Origin: an uncultured Gemmataceae bacterium
GTDB lineage: Bacteria > Planctomycetota > Planctomycetia > Gemmatales > Gemmataceae
Assembly (NCBI GenBank): GCA_963750165.1
Contig: CAVVPN010000003.1
Span: 448,001 to 512,000 of the forward strand
Length of the DNA stretch: 64,000 nt
Direction of reading: 5' to 3'
In this document: positions 1 to 11,683 of the stretch, one piece after another
How positions within the stretch are numbered: the stretch's first letter is position 1
Layout of the letters: the number at the start of each line of letters is the position of its first letter
Made by a program: the position numbers and the translations under genes
Notes under the pieces: generated by a model
What the model was told of the DNA's origin: nothing
The model's database searches: none
What the model saw: the letters and a program-made list of their open reading frames with translations, nothing else

Positions 1-11
1 ACGGCAGCGGC

Positions 12-1559
12 GTGGTCTACGCCGTGGCGGTGCGCCACGGCCGCGCCGCCCAGGATGACGTGCAGCGGGCGCTGGCCCAGCTCGTCAGCCGCGCTGGTGC
101 CGCCGCGCAGCCGCGCTGGGAGGGCCGGCCAGAGGTGGCAGTGCTGCCGTCGCGCGAGGGCGGCGTCGGGCGGCGCCGGCCCACGGCGGGCGCGGCCGTG
201 TACCTCAACGCCGCCCTGGCCGAGGTGCTGTACGCGCCGGCGGACAGCGCCCCCGTGAACCGCTCGCCCGAGCGGCTGCTGGGTGCGCTGCTGGCCCAGC
301 GCGACCGCTCCGCCGTGCCCTGGATTTTCAACACGCTGGCCAACGATGTGGAGCACCGCCTCGGCCAACCGGTGCTGGATAGCTTCCCGCCGGAGATGCA
401 CCTGTCGGTCACCGGCCGCTGCAATATCGAGTGCCGCTTTTGCAGCTACGCCCACGAGAACGCCTACCCGGAGTACGTGGACGTGGGCCGTCTGCGCCGC
501 CTTGACTTCCTCCGCCACCTGCACACACTGCGGCTCTCCAGCGGCCTGGGCGAACCGACCATCAACCCGCACCTGCCCGCGATGCTTGAGGACGTGACCG
601 CCCGCCATCCGCAACTGGCCGTCAACTTTTTCACCAACGGTACGACACTGCTGCGGCGCGGCCTGATCGACGCCCTGGTGGACCGGACCGCGTGGGTCAA
701 CGTGTCGCTGAACGCCGCCACAGCCGCGACCTGGCAGGAGCTGTGCGAGAAGGATTTGTACGACCGGGTGACGGGCGGCCTGCGCGAGTTGCAGCGCGTC
801 AAGCGCGAGCGCGGCGCGGCGCTGCCGGTGGTGTACGGCTCGATGGTGCTGACGGCGAAGAACCTGCACGAGCTGCCGCGGATGCCCGCGCTGTGCCGGG
901 CGCTCGGCGTGGACCGCTTCACCGCCATCCCGTTCTTTTCCTACACCTACGAGCACCCGGCGAAGTACGGCGCCGCGGAGTCCTTCCACCACTGCCGGGA
1001 CGAGTACGACGCCCTGTACGCCACGACGCTGCGCGCAGCCGAGGCGCACGGTGTCAGCGTGGAGCTGCCGCTGCCGGCGGACGAGAAGCGCGCAGCGTTC
1101 GGCGTCGAGGTGCGCGGCTTCTACGACTTCGCCGGCGTCCACGAGACATTTCGACCGCTGTACCGGTTGGTGGAGCACCTGGACTACCCGGCGGGGTCGC
1201 ACTGCCCGGCACTGTGGCGCATCGCCCACGTCGGCTCCACCGACCGCGGCCACGCTGCCGCCACGGACACACACTTCCTGTATCCGTGCCTGGGGCCGCT
1301 GGCGATGGTGGACTTCTCGACGCGCACGGCCTTCGACTTCCCGGACGCGGCGCACTTCCTGGAACTGTGGAACAACCCGGTATTCGTGCGGTTGCGCACG
1401 GCCCAGCAGCGCCGCGGCGTGTCCCGGGTGTGCGACGCCTGCCGCGGCATGGACACGCGCGACCCGGACCACTTCGGCGACCTGGACGCGCTGCTGCGCG
1501 AGTGGCGTGCGCCGCCGCCGCGGGTGCGCGATGAGGAACTGACGCTGATGCGGCGCTGA
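12..1559 (+). CDS. Radical SAM protein with C-terminal SPASM/twitch-like Cys cluster (probably 5'-truncated by the window edge)
   Basis: CxxxCxxC motif (CNIECRFC), GEP motif (GLGEPTINP), FTNG; C-terminal 'YPC...ELWNNPVFVRLR...CDAC'; frame is open to the window start. Confidence 0.85.
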   Translation: MVYAVAVRHGRAAQDDVQRALAQLVSRAGAAAQPRWEGRPEVAVLPSREGGVGRRRPTAGAAVYLNAALAEVLYAPADSAPVNRSPERLLGALLAQRDRSAVPWIFNTLANDVEHRLGQPVLDSFPPEMHLSVTGRCNIECRFCSYAHENAYPEYVDVGRLRRLDFLRHLHTLRLSSGLGEPTINPHLPAMLEDVTARHPQLAVNFFTNGTTLLRRGLIDALVDRTAWVNVSLNAATAATWQELCEKDLYDRVTGGLRELQRVKRERGAALPVVYGSMVLTAKNLHELPRMPALCRALGVDRFTAIPFFSYTYEHPAKYGAAESFHHCRDEYDALYATTLRAAEAHGVSVELPLPADEKRAAFGVEVRGFYDFAGVHETFRPLYRLVEHLDYPAGSHCPALWRIAHVGSTDRGHAAATDTHFLYPCLGPLAMVDFSTRTAFDFPDAAHFLELWNNPVFVRLRTAQQRRGVSRVCDACRGMDTRDPDHFGDLDALLREWRAPPPRVRDEELTLMRR

Positions 1560-1560
1560 G

Positions 1561-1590
1561 CGTGGGGCAGACATTCCTGTCTGCCCCACG
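1561..1590. repeat. REP-like perfect hairpin
   Basis: CGTGGGGCAGACA-TTCC-TGTCTGCCCCACG, 13-bp stem directly after the stop codon. Confidence 0.75.
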
Positions 1591-1645
1591 TTCCAGGCGG
1601 TCGCTATAGTAGGGGGCAGCCCGTTCCTCACTCCGAGTCACCGCC

Positions 1646-2719
1646 ATGCACCCCGTACGCACCGCACTCATCGGCTGCGGCAAGGTCGGTTCGATCCACG
1701 CCGCGGCGCTGCGCGATCTGTCCGAGTCAGCGTTCGTCGGTGTCTGTGACGCGGACGCCGGCCGCGCCGCCGCCTTCGCGGAGCGCTTCGGCACCCGGGC
1801 GTTCACGGACGTGGGCGACCTGCTCCGCGACGCCCGGCCGCAGGCGGTGCTGGTGTGTACGCCGCATCCGCTGCACGCCGCGCCCGTGATCCAGGCTGCC
1901 GACGCGGGAGTGCATGCGCTGGTGGAGAAGCCGCTGGCGGCCAACCTCACGGACTGCGACGCCATGCTGACGGCGGCGCAGCGCGGCGGCACCAGGCTGG
2001 GCGTCATCAGTCAGCGGCGCTGGTACGAGCCGGTGCGGCGCATGAAGGCGGCCATCGACGCCGGCAAGATCGGCCGGCCGGTGCTGGGCGTTTTCCAGAT
2101 GTATAGCTGGCGCGACGAGGCGTATTACCGTTCCGATCCGTGGCGCGGCCGCTGGGACACCGAGGGCGGCGGCGTTCTGGTCAATCAGTCGCCGCACCAG
2201 CTCGACCTGTTGCGCTGGTTCCTGGGCGAGATTGAAGAAGTGAGCGGTTACTGGGCGAACCTCAATCACCCTTACATCGAAGTCGAGGACACGGCCCTGG
2301 CCATGCTCCGCTTCAAGGGCGGCGGCCTGGGGTCGATTGTCACCAGCCTGTCACAGCGGCCGGGCATTTACACGAAGGTGCATGTCCACGGTTCCAGCGG
2401 CGCCTCGGTGGGCGTGGAGACGGACCGCGGCGCCACGTTCGTGGCGGGCGTGTCGGAGGTGGCCGAGCCGCCGCTGAACGATCTGTGGACGGTGCCGGGC
2501 GAGGAGCATTTGTTGCAGGAATTCCAGGCGGCGGATCGCGCCCGCTTCGGCGAAGTGAACGCCACGAGTCATTATCACGCGCTGCAGATCCAGGATTTTT
2601 TGCAGGCGGTGCGCGACGACCGGCCGCCACTGGTGAGCGGTGCGGACGGCCGCGCCGTGGTGGAGCTGTTCACGGCGATCTACCGCTCGCAGCGTGAACT
2701 GCGGCCGATCCGCCTTTGA
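1646..2719 (+). CDS. Gfo/Idh/MocA family oxidoreductase
   Basis: IGCGKVG Rossmann motif, EKP motif, 'GGGVLVNQSPHQLD'. Confidence 0.92.
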   Translation: MHPVRTALIGCGKVGSIHAAALRDLSESAFVGVCDADAGRAAAFAERFGTRAFTDVGDLLRDARPQAVLVCTPHPLHAAPVIQAADAGVHALVEKPLAANLTDCDAMLTAAQRGGTRLGVISQRRWYEPVRRMKAAIDAGKIGRPVLGVFQMYSWRDEAYYRSDPWRGRWDTEGGGVLVNQSPHQLDLLRWFLGEIEEVSGYWANLNHPYIEVEDTALAMLRFKGGGLGSIVTSLSQRPGIYTKVHVHGSSGASVGVETDRGATFVAGVSEVAEPPLNDLWTVPGEEHLLQEFQAADRARFGEVNATSHYHALQIQDFLQAVRDDRPPLVSGADGRAVVELFTAIYRSQRELRPIRL

Positions 2720-2811
2720 TCAGAAGTCAGCAAACGCGAGAAGGGTTGCGGCACCGGTGGTTACCCTGGCGCCCCAACCCTTCTGTTTTAATCTCTGACT
2801 TCTGACCTCTG
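2720..2811. repeat. Short heptamer (TCAGAAG/CTCTGAC) arms around an imperfect hairpin between convergent genes; possible terminator
   Basis: TCAGAAGTCAG ... AGAAGGGTTG...CAACCCTTCT ... CTCTGACTTCTGACCTCTG. Confidence 0.5.
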
Positions 2812-2815
2812 CCGC

Positions 2816-3650
2816 TCAACACGCTTCCATGCGTTCGTTGAGCATGGCGAGGGCGTCGCGTTCGATCTGGCGGACGCGCTCGCGGGTCAGGCCGAGGTGT
2901 TCGCCGATTTCCTTGAGGGTCATCGGTTCACGGCCGGTCAGGCCGAAACGCAACCGCAGCACGGTCGCCTCGCGCTGGCCGAGCTTGTCGAGCAGGTCGA
3001 GCACCTGCTGCAGGTCATCGGCCCGCATCATTTCCATGTCCGGCGTGGAGTCGTTCGACTCGATGGCCATGTTGTCCATGGTCCAGCCGGTGTCGCTCTG
3101 GTCGCCCTGCGGGCCGGCGTTGTAAATGCGGATGGCCTTCTTGACGATGGCCATTTTCTTCTTCGGCAGGTTCAACCGGACGGCCACTTCGTCCTCGGTC
3201 GGCGCACGGCCGAGTTCTTCTTGCAGGCGGGTGCTGGCGCGGCGCCATTCGGTCAGCAACTGGACCATGTAGGCCGGCAACCGCACCGTCTTGGCGGTGT
3301 TGACGACGGCCCGCTTCATCGACTGCTTGATCCAGAAGGCGGCGTAAGTGCTGAAGCGCGTGTTCATCGACGGGTCGTAGCCCTCGACGGCACGGAGCAG
3401 ACCAAGGTTGCCCTCGGCGATCAGATCCTGCAGGCTCAGGCCCTTGTTCTGGTAGCCGCGGGCGATGTTGACGACCAGACGTAGGTTGGCGCGGACCAGG
3501 TGGTCGCGGGCTGCGCTGTCGCCCTGTTCGACACGGTAGGCCAGTTCCTTTTCTTCTTGCGCGGAGGAGGGGAGTTTCGTTGATCTCGCGCAGGTAGGTT
3601 TCCAGCGGGGATTGAACGGCCCGGGTGCGCATGCGAACGGTGCGGAGCAT
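2816..3650 (-). CDS. RNA polymerase sigma-70 factor, RpoD/RpoS-like (frameshift near 3565)
   Basis: Region 1.2 'LETYLREINETPLL', region 2 'RFSTYAAFWIKQS', region 4 'TLKEIGEHLGLTRERVRQIE'; split over two frames. Confidence 0.88.
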
Positions 3651-3909
3651 GGGGGAATCCCTCTTCGCGACGATGTTTTCCTTCAACCGGACCAACTCTA
3701 GGGTACGATTCAGGCGAAGGCAAAAAAAAACGAAACATTTTGCGGATGTTGTCGGGTCTTCCGATTATTCCCCTAGCCCCCTCACGGTTGTGGCCTAGTG
3801 CCGGGCAAGGGGTATGCTGTTCGTGGCACGGCACTCCAGAGTCGTGTCACGATGGCACAACCTGCCGCTTGAGTTGGCACTCGCCCCCGGTTGGGTTGCG
3901 ACGAGGACT

Positions 3910-6900
3910 TCAGCGCCAGGCCGCGTACCAGGTCATGCTCTGGTAGTCGCGCACGAACCCCGCGTTTTCCAGCAATTCCCGCCCCGCCGTCGCCGTCACC
4001 GGCTGGCCGTTCCACGCGGCGACGGTGAGCCGGTGGCGCACGTCGCGGCGCTGGTCGCGACTCAGGATGCTCGGCAGACACGCCACCGCCGCGGCCAGTT
4101 CCTCGCGGCTGGCGCTGGCCAGGGCAGTCAGGCGTTCGCCACGTTGCTCGATCAGCAGCACCGGCCGGCCGGCGCACTGCACCAGCCAGTTGCCGGGCCG
4201 CCGGCTCAGCGACCGACTGCCGCCGTCCAGCAGCGCCACGTCGAAGGGGGCGCCGGCGCCGTAGAGGTTGGCCGGGTCCAGGCTGTGCAGCAGCAGTACC
4301 GGGGCGGCGACGCTGGACGGCAGCGCGACCTCCTGCAGCAGCTGGGCCGCCTCCGGCAGCGCGAACTGCGCCCCGCTCAGGCCCTCGGCGAAGTAGCCGC
4401 GGCGCACCGCCCCTGCCAGTTCCATGCGGTTGAGCACCTCGTACAGGACGCGCCACGGCAGCAGCCACGGGTCCATCTGCGCCAGCTCGCGCGCGGCGAC
4501 GCCGTAGCGGTGCAGCAGCAGCGTCGCCTGGTACACGGCCAGCGCCTCGGTGTCGGGACTGCCCCACGGTAGCAGGGACCAGCGGCCCTCCGGTCGGAAC
4601 TGCGTCCGCCGCGGCGCCGCCCGCCAGCGGCCCACGGCGGTGGTGGTCGCCGCAGCCGGCGCCGGCGCCGCGTTGCCGGTGCGGATCACGTCGAAGCGGT
4701 CGTTGCTGACCAGGCCGCGGCGCAGCAGGTCCGCCAGCGCCGCCCGCACAGCGCTCGGCGCCAGCGTGGTCTGCTGGGCCAGGTCGGTCACGAACAGCGC
4801 CCCGCGCTGCCTCAGACATTCGCGCATGCGCTCCGCCGCCTCGTCGAGCGGCGTCTCGGTGGCCGCGGCCGGCGCCGGCAACTCCGCCAGACGGTCGCGC
4901 GGCAGGAACGCCAGTGACCCCAGGCTGTCACTGCCGCCCTGGCACGCCCACGTCCAGGCGCCGCCGGCCAGGCACTCATCCAGCCAGCGCGGCTCAAAAT
5001 CGCTGACGCGCGCCGGCAGCAGCGTCTGCTCCCACAATTCCGCGGGGGCCAGCACGCCCTGCAACCGCAGCAGCACATCGTTCAATCCGTCCACGCCAGC
5101 GGTGCGTGTCGCAGGGTGGACGGCCTGCCAGCGGGCGACGAAGTCCGCGAACTGTGTCGGTGGCACCGTGACGATCTCGCGGCGCAGCAGGGCCAGTGTG
5201 CTGCGCTGCAACTGCTCCAGGTTGCCGGGGGCCGCCCACTGCGCCGGCTCCGCCGTGGTCGCGGCCGGCACCGGCACCAGACGGCCGCTCTGCGTCCACT
5301 CCTCCAGTTTGTGCTTCGCCCAGCCCGGATCGAACGGATAGCGGCCCAGCACGTCCGCCAGCGCCACCAGGGCGTGCGTCTCCAGAAAGCGGAACAGAAT
5401 CACCTGCGCCGCCGCGTTCGCCGCGCCGGGGTCCGATCCGAACGCCGCGTCGTACAGCTCGCGTTCCTCGGCCAGAATCCAGCGCTGCGGCTCGCGGACG
5501 CGTGGCAGTTCGATGGTCGTGACGACACCGCCTGCCTCCAGTTCGCCGAGGAACGCCACCATCGGGCCGTGCAGATCGCTCGCGGCCAGGTCGCCGAGCC
5601 GCCGCAGCCATTCCGCCATTTCCACAGCGGTGCGCGGCGGCTGGCCCAGGCCGCGCAACCGGCCCTCGACCTGCCGCACTGCCCGCGGGTCCAGCAAGGG
5701 GCCGTGCTTGCCCGGCGACAGGATTTGATCGAGCAACTGCTGATCCAGCTGTGGCGCCGGGCCGCGTTCGGGCTCGGTGCCGTCGTACTGATACATATAA
5801 GCCATCGTGAATGCGAACAGCAGGCTCGCGGCGAACGGCGACGGGCTATCGAGCTGCTGTGTCACCACCTCGACACTGCCGGCGCGCACGTCCGCCAGCA
5901 ATTGTTGCAGCCGGGACAGGTCGAGGTGATCGTGCAGACATTCGCGGAACGTCTCGGCGATGACCGGGAAGTCGGCATGCTTGCGGGCCACCTGCAACAG
6001 ATCGCGACCGCGCAGGCGCTGCAACCACAGCGGAGCGCGACGGCCGGCGGTACGCGGCATCAGCAGCGCCCGCGCCGCGTTCTGGCGGAAGCGCAGCGCG
6101 AACAGCGGACTGTCGGCCAGCTCCGGCAGGATGAGTTCTTGCAGGTTCTCGGGCGTCAGGCCGTCGAGCAGGTCGAGCACGGGTTCGGTGGAATCGGTCA
6201 GGCGGAGGAGGATACCGTTGTCATGGTGCAGACACTGCGGCGCGTAGCCGAGCCGCTGCCGCAGCCGTGCCTCCAGCGCCAACCGCAACGCCAGGTGCAG
6301 CCGGGCGCCGAACGGGCTCAGCAAGACCACCTGCCAGTCGCCGAGCTGATCGCGGCTGGCCTCGATGACGATGGTTTTATCGGTCGGTAGACAGTTGCAG
6401 CGGTCCAGCTGGCGGTGGATGTGCATCCGCAGACTCTTCGCGGCGGGCAGGTCCATCAGGTACTCGCGCTGCAGCCAGTCGAGGGTGGATTCCTTTTGCG
6501 GAATGTCGCCCTCCGGCGAGCGGCGCGGCGTCAGCCCGCCGGTGCTTGGAAGTACCGGCGGGCTGACGCCGCGCCGCTCGCCGCAGAAAGAGGCATCTTC
6601 GGAGCGCAACCGCTCCGCCAACTCGCGCAGGAAGCGCCCGATCGCCAGGCCCAGGTCGAAACTGCGTCCCACCTGCTCGCCGCGCCAGAACGGAATCAGC
6701 GCCGGCGCCCCCTCCGCCGGCGTCACAATGACGCGATCCGCCTCGATCTGCTGCACGCGCCAGCTGTTCGTGCCCAGCAAAAAAGCGTCGCCGATGCGGC
6801 GCTCGTAGATGAACTCCTCGTCCAGTTCGCCGAGGCGCGTGCCGTCCGGCGTCAGCACCGCGTACTGGCCGGTGTCCGGGATGGTGCCGCCGCCCTGCAG

Positions 6901-8470
6901 CGCCAGGGATTGACTGCCCGGCAGCGGCAGCAGCCGGTTGTGAACGCGGTCCCAGCTGACGCGCGGTTGCAGCGCCACCAGCGTCGAGGTCGCCAGGGCC
7001 GGCCCCTCCTCGGCGCGGGGCGAAGCGGTAGCGGCCCGAGATCATCTCCAGCACCGCCTCGAACGCCGCCGGCGCCAGGTCGCGGAACGGATACGCCCGC
7101 CGCACCAACGTGTACAGCGCCGGTACGTCCCACGGCTCCACCGCCACCATTGCCACAACCTGCTGCGCCAGCACGTCCAGGCAATTCTCCGGCACGTGCA
7201 GCGCCTCGACGCGGCCGGCGGCCATCTCGCGCGCCAGCACCGCCTGTTCGAGCAGGTCCATCAGCGTCTTGGCGATCAACCGGCCCTTGCTCTTCTGGCC
7301 GACGAGGTGCCCCGCCCGGCCGACGCGCTGCAGGCCGCGCGCGACGTTGCCCGGCGACTCCACCTGACACACCAGGTCCACCGGCCCCATGTCGATGCCG
7401 AGTTCCAGCGACGCGGTCGCGACCACCGCCTGCAAAACGCCGTCCTTCAGCGCCTGCTCAATCTGCTGCCGCACCTCCAGCGCCACGCTGCCGTGGTGCG
7501 CCTGCGCCCGCGGTGTCTCCGGCTCGTCGTAGGCGGCCAGCACGTTCGGGTTGCCGGAATGGGCCGGGTCGCCCTCCTGGTTCAAATGGGCGGTGATGCG
7601 CTCGACACCGCGGCGGTTGTTGGCGAACACGATGGTCGAACGGTGCTGGGCGATCAACTCCGCCAGCAGCCGGTAGATCGACGGCCAGACCGTCTTTTCC
7701 GGCAGCGGCCCGAAGTGCTCGACGGGGCTGAGCACACGCAGATCGAGGTCTTTCCGCAGCCCGGCGTCCACGACGGCGACCGGCCGCGGCGTCACGGTGC
7801 CGTCCGCGGCAATGTCGCGGCCGCCAAGGTAGTCGGCGACCATTTCCAGCGGCCGCTGCGTCGCGGACAGGCCGATGCGCACGAAGCCGCGCGGGTTCAG
7901 CGCCTGCAACCGCTCCAGCAGCAGCGCCAGGAAAACGCCGCGCTTGTTCGGACACAGGGCGTGAATCTCATCGACGATGACGTGCGTCACGCCCGTCAGT
8001 GTTTCACGGGCGCGCGCGGTCAGCAGCAGGTGCAGCGATTCCGGCGTGGTGATGAGCACGTGCGGCGGCCGGCGCAGCAGCCGCTGTCGCTCCGCGGCGG
8101 GCGTGTCGCCGGTGCGCACGGCCACGTCAATCGGCGGCAACTCCTGACCGAGTTCCTGCGCCGCCGCGGCGACGCCGGCCAGCGGCACCTGCAAATTGCG
8201 GTAAATGTCGTTGTTCAGTGCCTTCAGCGGCGAGACGTACAGGACGCGGACGCCGCGCGGCAGTTCGGGTTGACGCCAGAGGTGATCGAGGCAGGCGAGG
8301 AACGCGGCCAGCGTTTTGCCGGAGCCGGTCGGGGCGAGGATGAGCGTGTTCTGCCCGGCGGCAATGAGCGGCCAGCCCTGACGCTGCGGCGGCGTTGGTT
8401 CGCCGAGCGCGGTACGGAACCAGTGCCGGACGGGCGGCAGAAACAGATCGAGCGGGTCAGCGTTACTCAT
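3910..8470 (-). CDS. lhr: Lhr-family ATP-dependent DEAD/H helicase, long form (frameshift near 7000)
   Basis: APTGSGKT, DEIH, SAT, 'AHHGS', 'ATASLELGID', QRVGRAGH; C-terminal 'GGTIPDTG', 'RRGYFAEGLSGAQFA', 'DPANLYG'. Confidence 0.9.
6514..6583. repeat. Palindromic element inserted in frame within lhr
   Basis: Perfect 30-bp arms 6514-6543 / 6554-6583; encodes GERRGVSPPVLPSTGGLTPRRSP. Confidence 0.85.
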
Positions 8471-9329
8471 GCGGATCGCCCTTGCCGTCGAAAATGGCGG
8501 CGACGGATTGTGCGACGGTGACGCAGTAGCGGTCCAGGTCCAGGTCGTCCGGGTCGGTGCCGAACGGCTCCTCCACCACGGAATCGACCAGCTCGACGCC
8601 GAGTATCGGCGCGAAGATCAGCAGCAGCATCGGCACGCCCCAGAAACCCAGCTCGGGCAGGCTGAGCCAGGGCGCCAGCAGGATGTTCGCCGCCAGGCCG
8701 GCGCGGATCAGCGCCTTGTACGATGGCGAAATGGCGGTGTTGCGGATGCGCTCGCAGGCGCCGCACACGTCCAGCAGCGCCCGGGCGTGAACGTCGAGCA
8801 CCAGTACGGTGCTGCCGTCGATCAGGCCGCGCTGGTGCCAGTCGGCCAGGCCCGTCAGCAGCCGGCCGGCCAGGTACAGCGGCACGTGGGCCGGCGTCTC
8901 CGGTTCGTGCTCGAAGCCGGCGATGTCCTGCAGCCGCGCCCCGCCGCGCAGGTGCTGCTCGAGCGCCTCCGCGAAACCCGTCAGCACCGCCGGCAACCTG
9001 GCCTCGGTCACGACCGCCGCGGGCAGGTAGCCGCGAAGCTTCCAGGCCAGGTTGCGCAGCTCGTTGATGAGCTGGCCCCAGAGCTGGCGACCTTCCCACC
9101 AGCGGTCGTAGGACGCCCGGTTGCGGAACGCCAGCAGCAGGCCGAGAATGAAGCCCTCGGCCACCGCCCCTTGCAGACCCAGTTCGACACGCGGCAGTCC
9201 GTACCAGTTAACAACGAAGGCCACCGCGAAACAGTACACGGCGATGGCGGCCAGCCAGAAGCGCAGTCGCCGGTAGACCCACACCAGGGTGTCCAGCAAC
9301 GGGTGCTCGTTCGTCGGGCCGCCCCCCAC
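8463..9329 (-). CDS. Bestrophin-family (YneE-like) anion channel
   Basis: 'LLLAFRNRASYDRWWEGRQLWG' and 'EEPFGTDPDDL' signatures; about 4 TM segments. Confidence 0.9.
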   Translation of the reverse strand: MGGGPTNEHPLLDTLVWVYRRLRFWLAAIAVYCFAVAFVVNWYGLPRVELGLQGAVAEGFILGLLLAFRNRASYDRWWEGRQLWGQLINELRNLAWKLRGYLPAAVVTEARLPAVLTGFAEALEQHLRGGARLQDIAGFEHEPETPAHVPLYLAGRLLTGLADWHQRGLIDGSTVLVLDVHARALLDVCGACERIRNTAISPSYKALIRAGLAANILLAPWLSLPELGFWGVPMLLLIFAPILGVELVDSVVEEPFGTDPDDLDLDRYCVTVAQSVAAIFDGKGDPHE

Positions 9330-9333
9330 GGTG

Positions 9334-10196
9334 TCACTCCCCTGTCAGTAGCCGGCGGACGAGGGCGCTGCCGGCCACCTGCGCCGCCAGTTGCTGCTGG
9401 CCTTCCCGGTCGCGCGGCGGCTCGATCAGCCCGACATCCCGCAGGCCGTCGGCGCGCTGCAGCGGCACGCCCACCAGGCGCTTCGCCAGGTCATAGATGC
9501 CGAAGACCACGCGCAGGCCGTGCTTCTCCGCCTCGGGAACCTCCTGGCGCAACATCGCCGCGGTCAGCGCCGCGTTGAACACGACCGCGACCTCGATCAG
9601 CGCTGCCCGGTAGCCGGGCTGCTTCTCGACGCCGTCGCCGTGCAGGTGCGCCAGCGCCACGGCGGCGCCGCGCACGGCCGGCCACAGGTGGTTGACGACC
9701 GCCCGCAGCGGGTGGCTGGAGGCGACGCTCAGGTATTCCGTCGGGCGCAGGAACACGTCCACCGCAGCGGTCACGGCGCCACAGCCGGTGTGACCCAGCA
9801 CCACCAGCAGCCGCAGGCTCTCGCCCAGGTATTCGAGCGCGTAGTCGATGCTGCCGAGCCCCTCCGGGCCGATGAGGTTGCCGGCGGCGCGCACGACGAA
9901 GAGTTCGTTGCATGCCCGGTTGAAGATCAGCTCGATCGGCACGCGGGCGTCGGAGCAGCCGACGACCACCGCGAAGGGCCGCTGCTGCGGGGTGCTGCCG
10001 TCGGCGCCGATGCCGATGTCCTCCAGGTCGAACAGCCTCACGCGCGACCCGGACGGCACCGTGCCGGGCGCCGTGCCGAGCAACTGGGCGAACTCGCGGT
10101 TGCCGTCTTCGAGGCGCCGCCGGGCTTCCTCGGCGTCCGCGGGCGACTTGCGCTCGCCGCCCTGCGCTGGGTCATAGCGATAGATGAGTTCAAACA
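9334..10196 (-). CDS. Beta-class carbonic anhydrase
   Basis: Zn ligand motifs CSDARVP and HTGCGAV; start placed at MFELIYRYDP because the longer ORF runs into a REP palindrome. Confidence 0.88.
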
Positions 10197-10212
10197 TCAG
10201 TGCCCCGTGTTT

Positions 10213-10271
10213 TCGTGGTGCAGGCGTCCCGTCTGCATTGGGGTCCCGCAGGCGGGACGCCTGCACCACGA
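10213..10271. repeat. REP-like palindrome (GTGGTGCAGGCGTCCCG family), copy 1
   Basis: TCGTGGTGCAGGCGTCCCGTCTGC ... GCAGGCGGGACGCCTGCACCACGA; near-identical copy at 47451. Confidence 0.85.
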
Positions 10272-10280
10272 CGAGTTATT

Positions 10281-11683
10281 TTACGTGTTCGGTAAAGGGG
10301 CGCCGCGGAACAGCCGCCGGCCCACGCGCGGCACCAGACACGCCACCGCGAACGCCGCGAAGCAGAGCATGACGCCGTCGAGCGGCAGCCGCGGCCCGCT
10401 CAGCAACTCGGCGTGGCTGAGCACATACGGCAGCGGTATCCAGATCAGCGCCAGCGTCGCCACGCGCGTCTGGCGGCGCCAGCCGTAGGTCCAGCGCCAG
10501 CCGAGCAGATGCAACAGCAGCAGCGCCAGCAGCGCCGCCTGCAGGGCGAGGGAGTGATACCGCCGGACCAGTTCCGGCAGCGACTCGGTCTGTTCGGCAC
10601 GGCACAGGCTGCGGTTGCTCAACCACTGCCGGCCGAACACGAAACAGAGTGCGGCGCGGATGCGCAGCGCCACGCAGCGTTCGGCCTCGTGCTCACCGTG
10701 GTGGTTGTAGACCAGTTCGTCGCTCAACAGGCGGTAGCGCTTGACCTGGTCCGGTTCGTCGAGCAGGCGTCCGGTCTCCGTCTCCCCGAGGACGCACCGC
10801 ATCAACTCCTCGTCCTGCGGGCCGCCGGTGGCCGCGCGATTGTTCCCCATCCACAAATGCAAATACGTTGCGTCGCTGACGGGCAGCACGTCGCGGAACG
10901 CCTGGTAATTGCGCAGCCCCCACGGCGTCAGGCCGTTGGCCAGGCCGAGCACCGCCACCAGGCCGCACAGCCAGCCGCGCGGCACCCGGCGGCAGCGCAG
11001 CAGGAACCACAGGCACGCCACCAGCGCGAACGGCAACAGGGTGGCCCGCAGCAGCGCCAGCCCCGCCAGCGCCAACCCGAACAGCAGGCTCGCGAACGCC
11101 CCGCCCTCCTGCGCCAGCGACGCCAGTACCAGCACCGCCGCCAGCGTGCACGCCGTCAGCGTGCCGTCCTCGACCTCCGCGACGTTGATGATCCAGAACG
11201 GCCACAGCGCACAGAACAGGCCGGTCAGCAGTGCCACCGTGTTGCTGCGGAACGCTCGCCAGGCGAACAGAAAGTACAGCCCCGCCGTCAACGCCCCCAG
11301 CGCCGCCTGCGTCCAGCGCAGCACTTGCAGGGCGTCGCCACGGTCGGGGACCGCGCGCGTCAGCTGGGCCAGCAGCCAGATGTAGCCGGGGGCGCGGTGG
11401 CGCTCAGTTCCTCGTGGTCCGCCAGCGGCGCCTGCGTGCCGAACCAGCGGTATTCGCGGACGTGGTACACCAGGTCGTCGATTTCGTTCGGCGTCGGGTA
11501 AAACGTGTTCTCGGCGGCCCTGGGTTGCGGGATGGGCCGTGGCGCATCCTGCACAGCCAGCGGCGTTGGACCGCGGCCGTCCTCGACGCAGGCGATGAGA
11601 TACCAGGCACGGACGCCGCCCGCGAGAGCCAGCACCAGCAGCAGCCAGAGCAGGGTTTTCCAGCCGAACGGCCGATCCATCAT
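10281..11683 (-). CDS. Multi-pass membrane protein, ArnT/PMT (GT-C) glycosyltransferase-like (frameshift near 11400)
   Basis: Many TM helices, 'APGY', 'TPWGLRNYQAF', 'LWMGNN', 'GPRLPLD'. Confidence 0.65.

Noticed and set aside
6960..7030. Programmed ribosomal frameshift in lhr
   Set aside because: No slippery heptamer; same pattern as the many other indels.
10197..10269. N-terminal extension MVQASRLR... on the carbonic anhydrase (and on ORF 47006-47509)
   Set aside because: It is translation of the shared REP palindrome, not protein homology.
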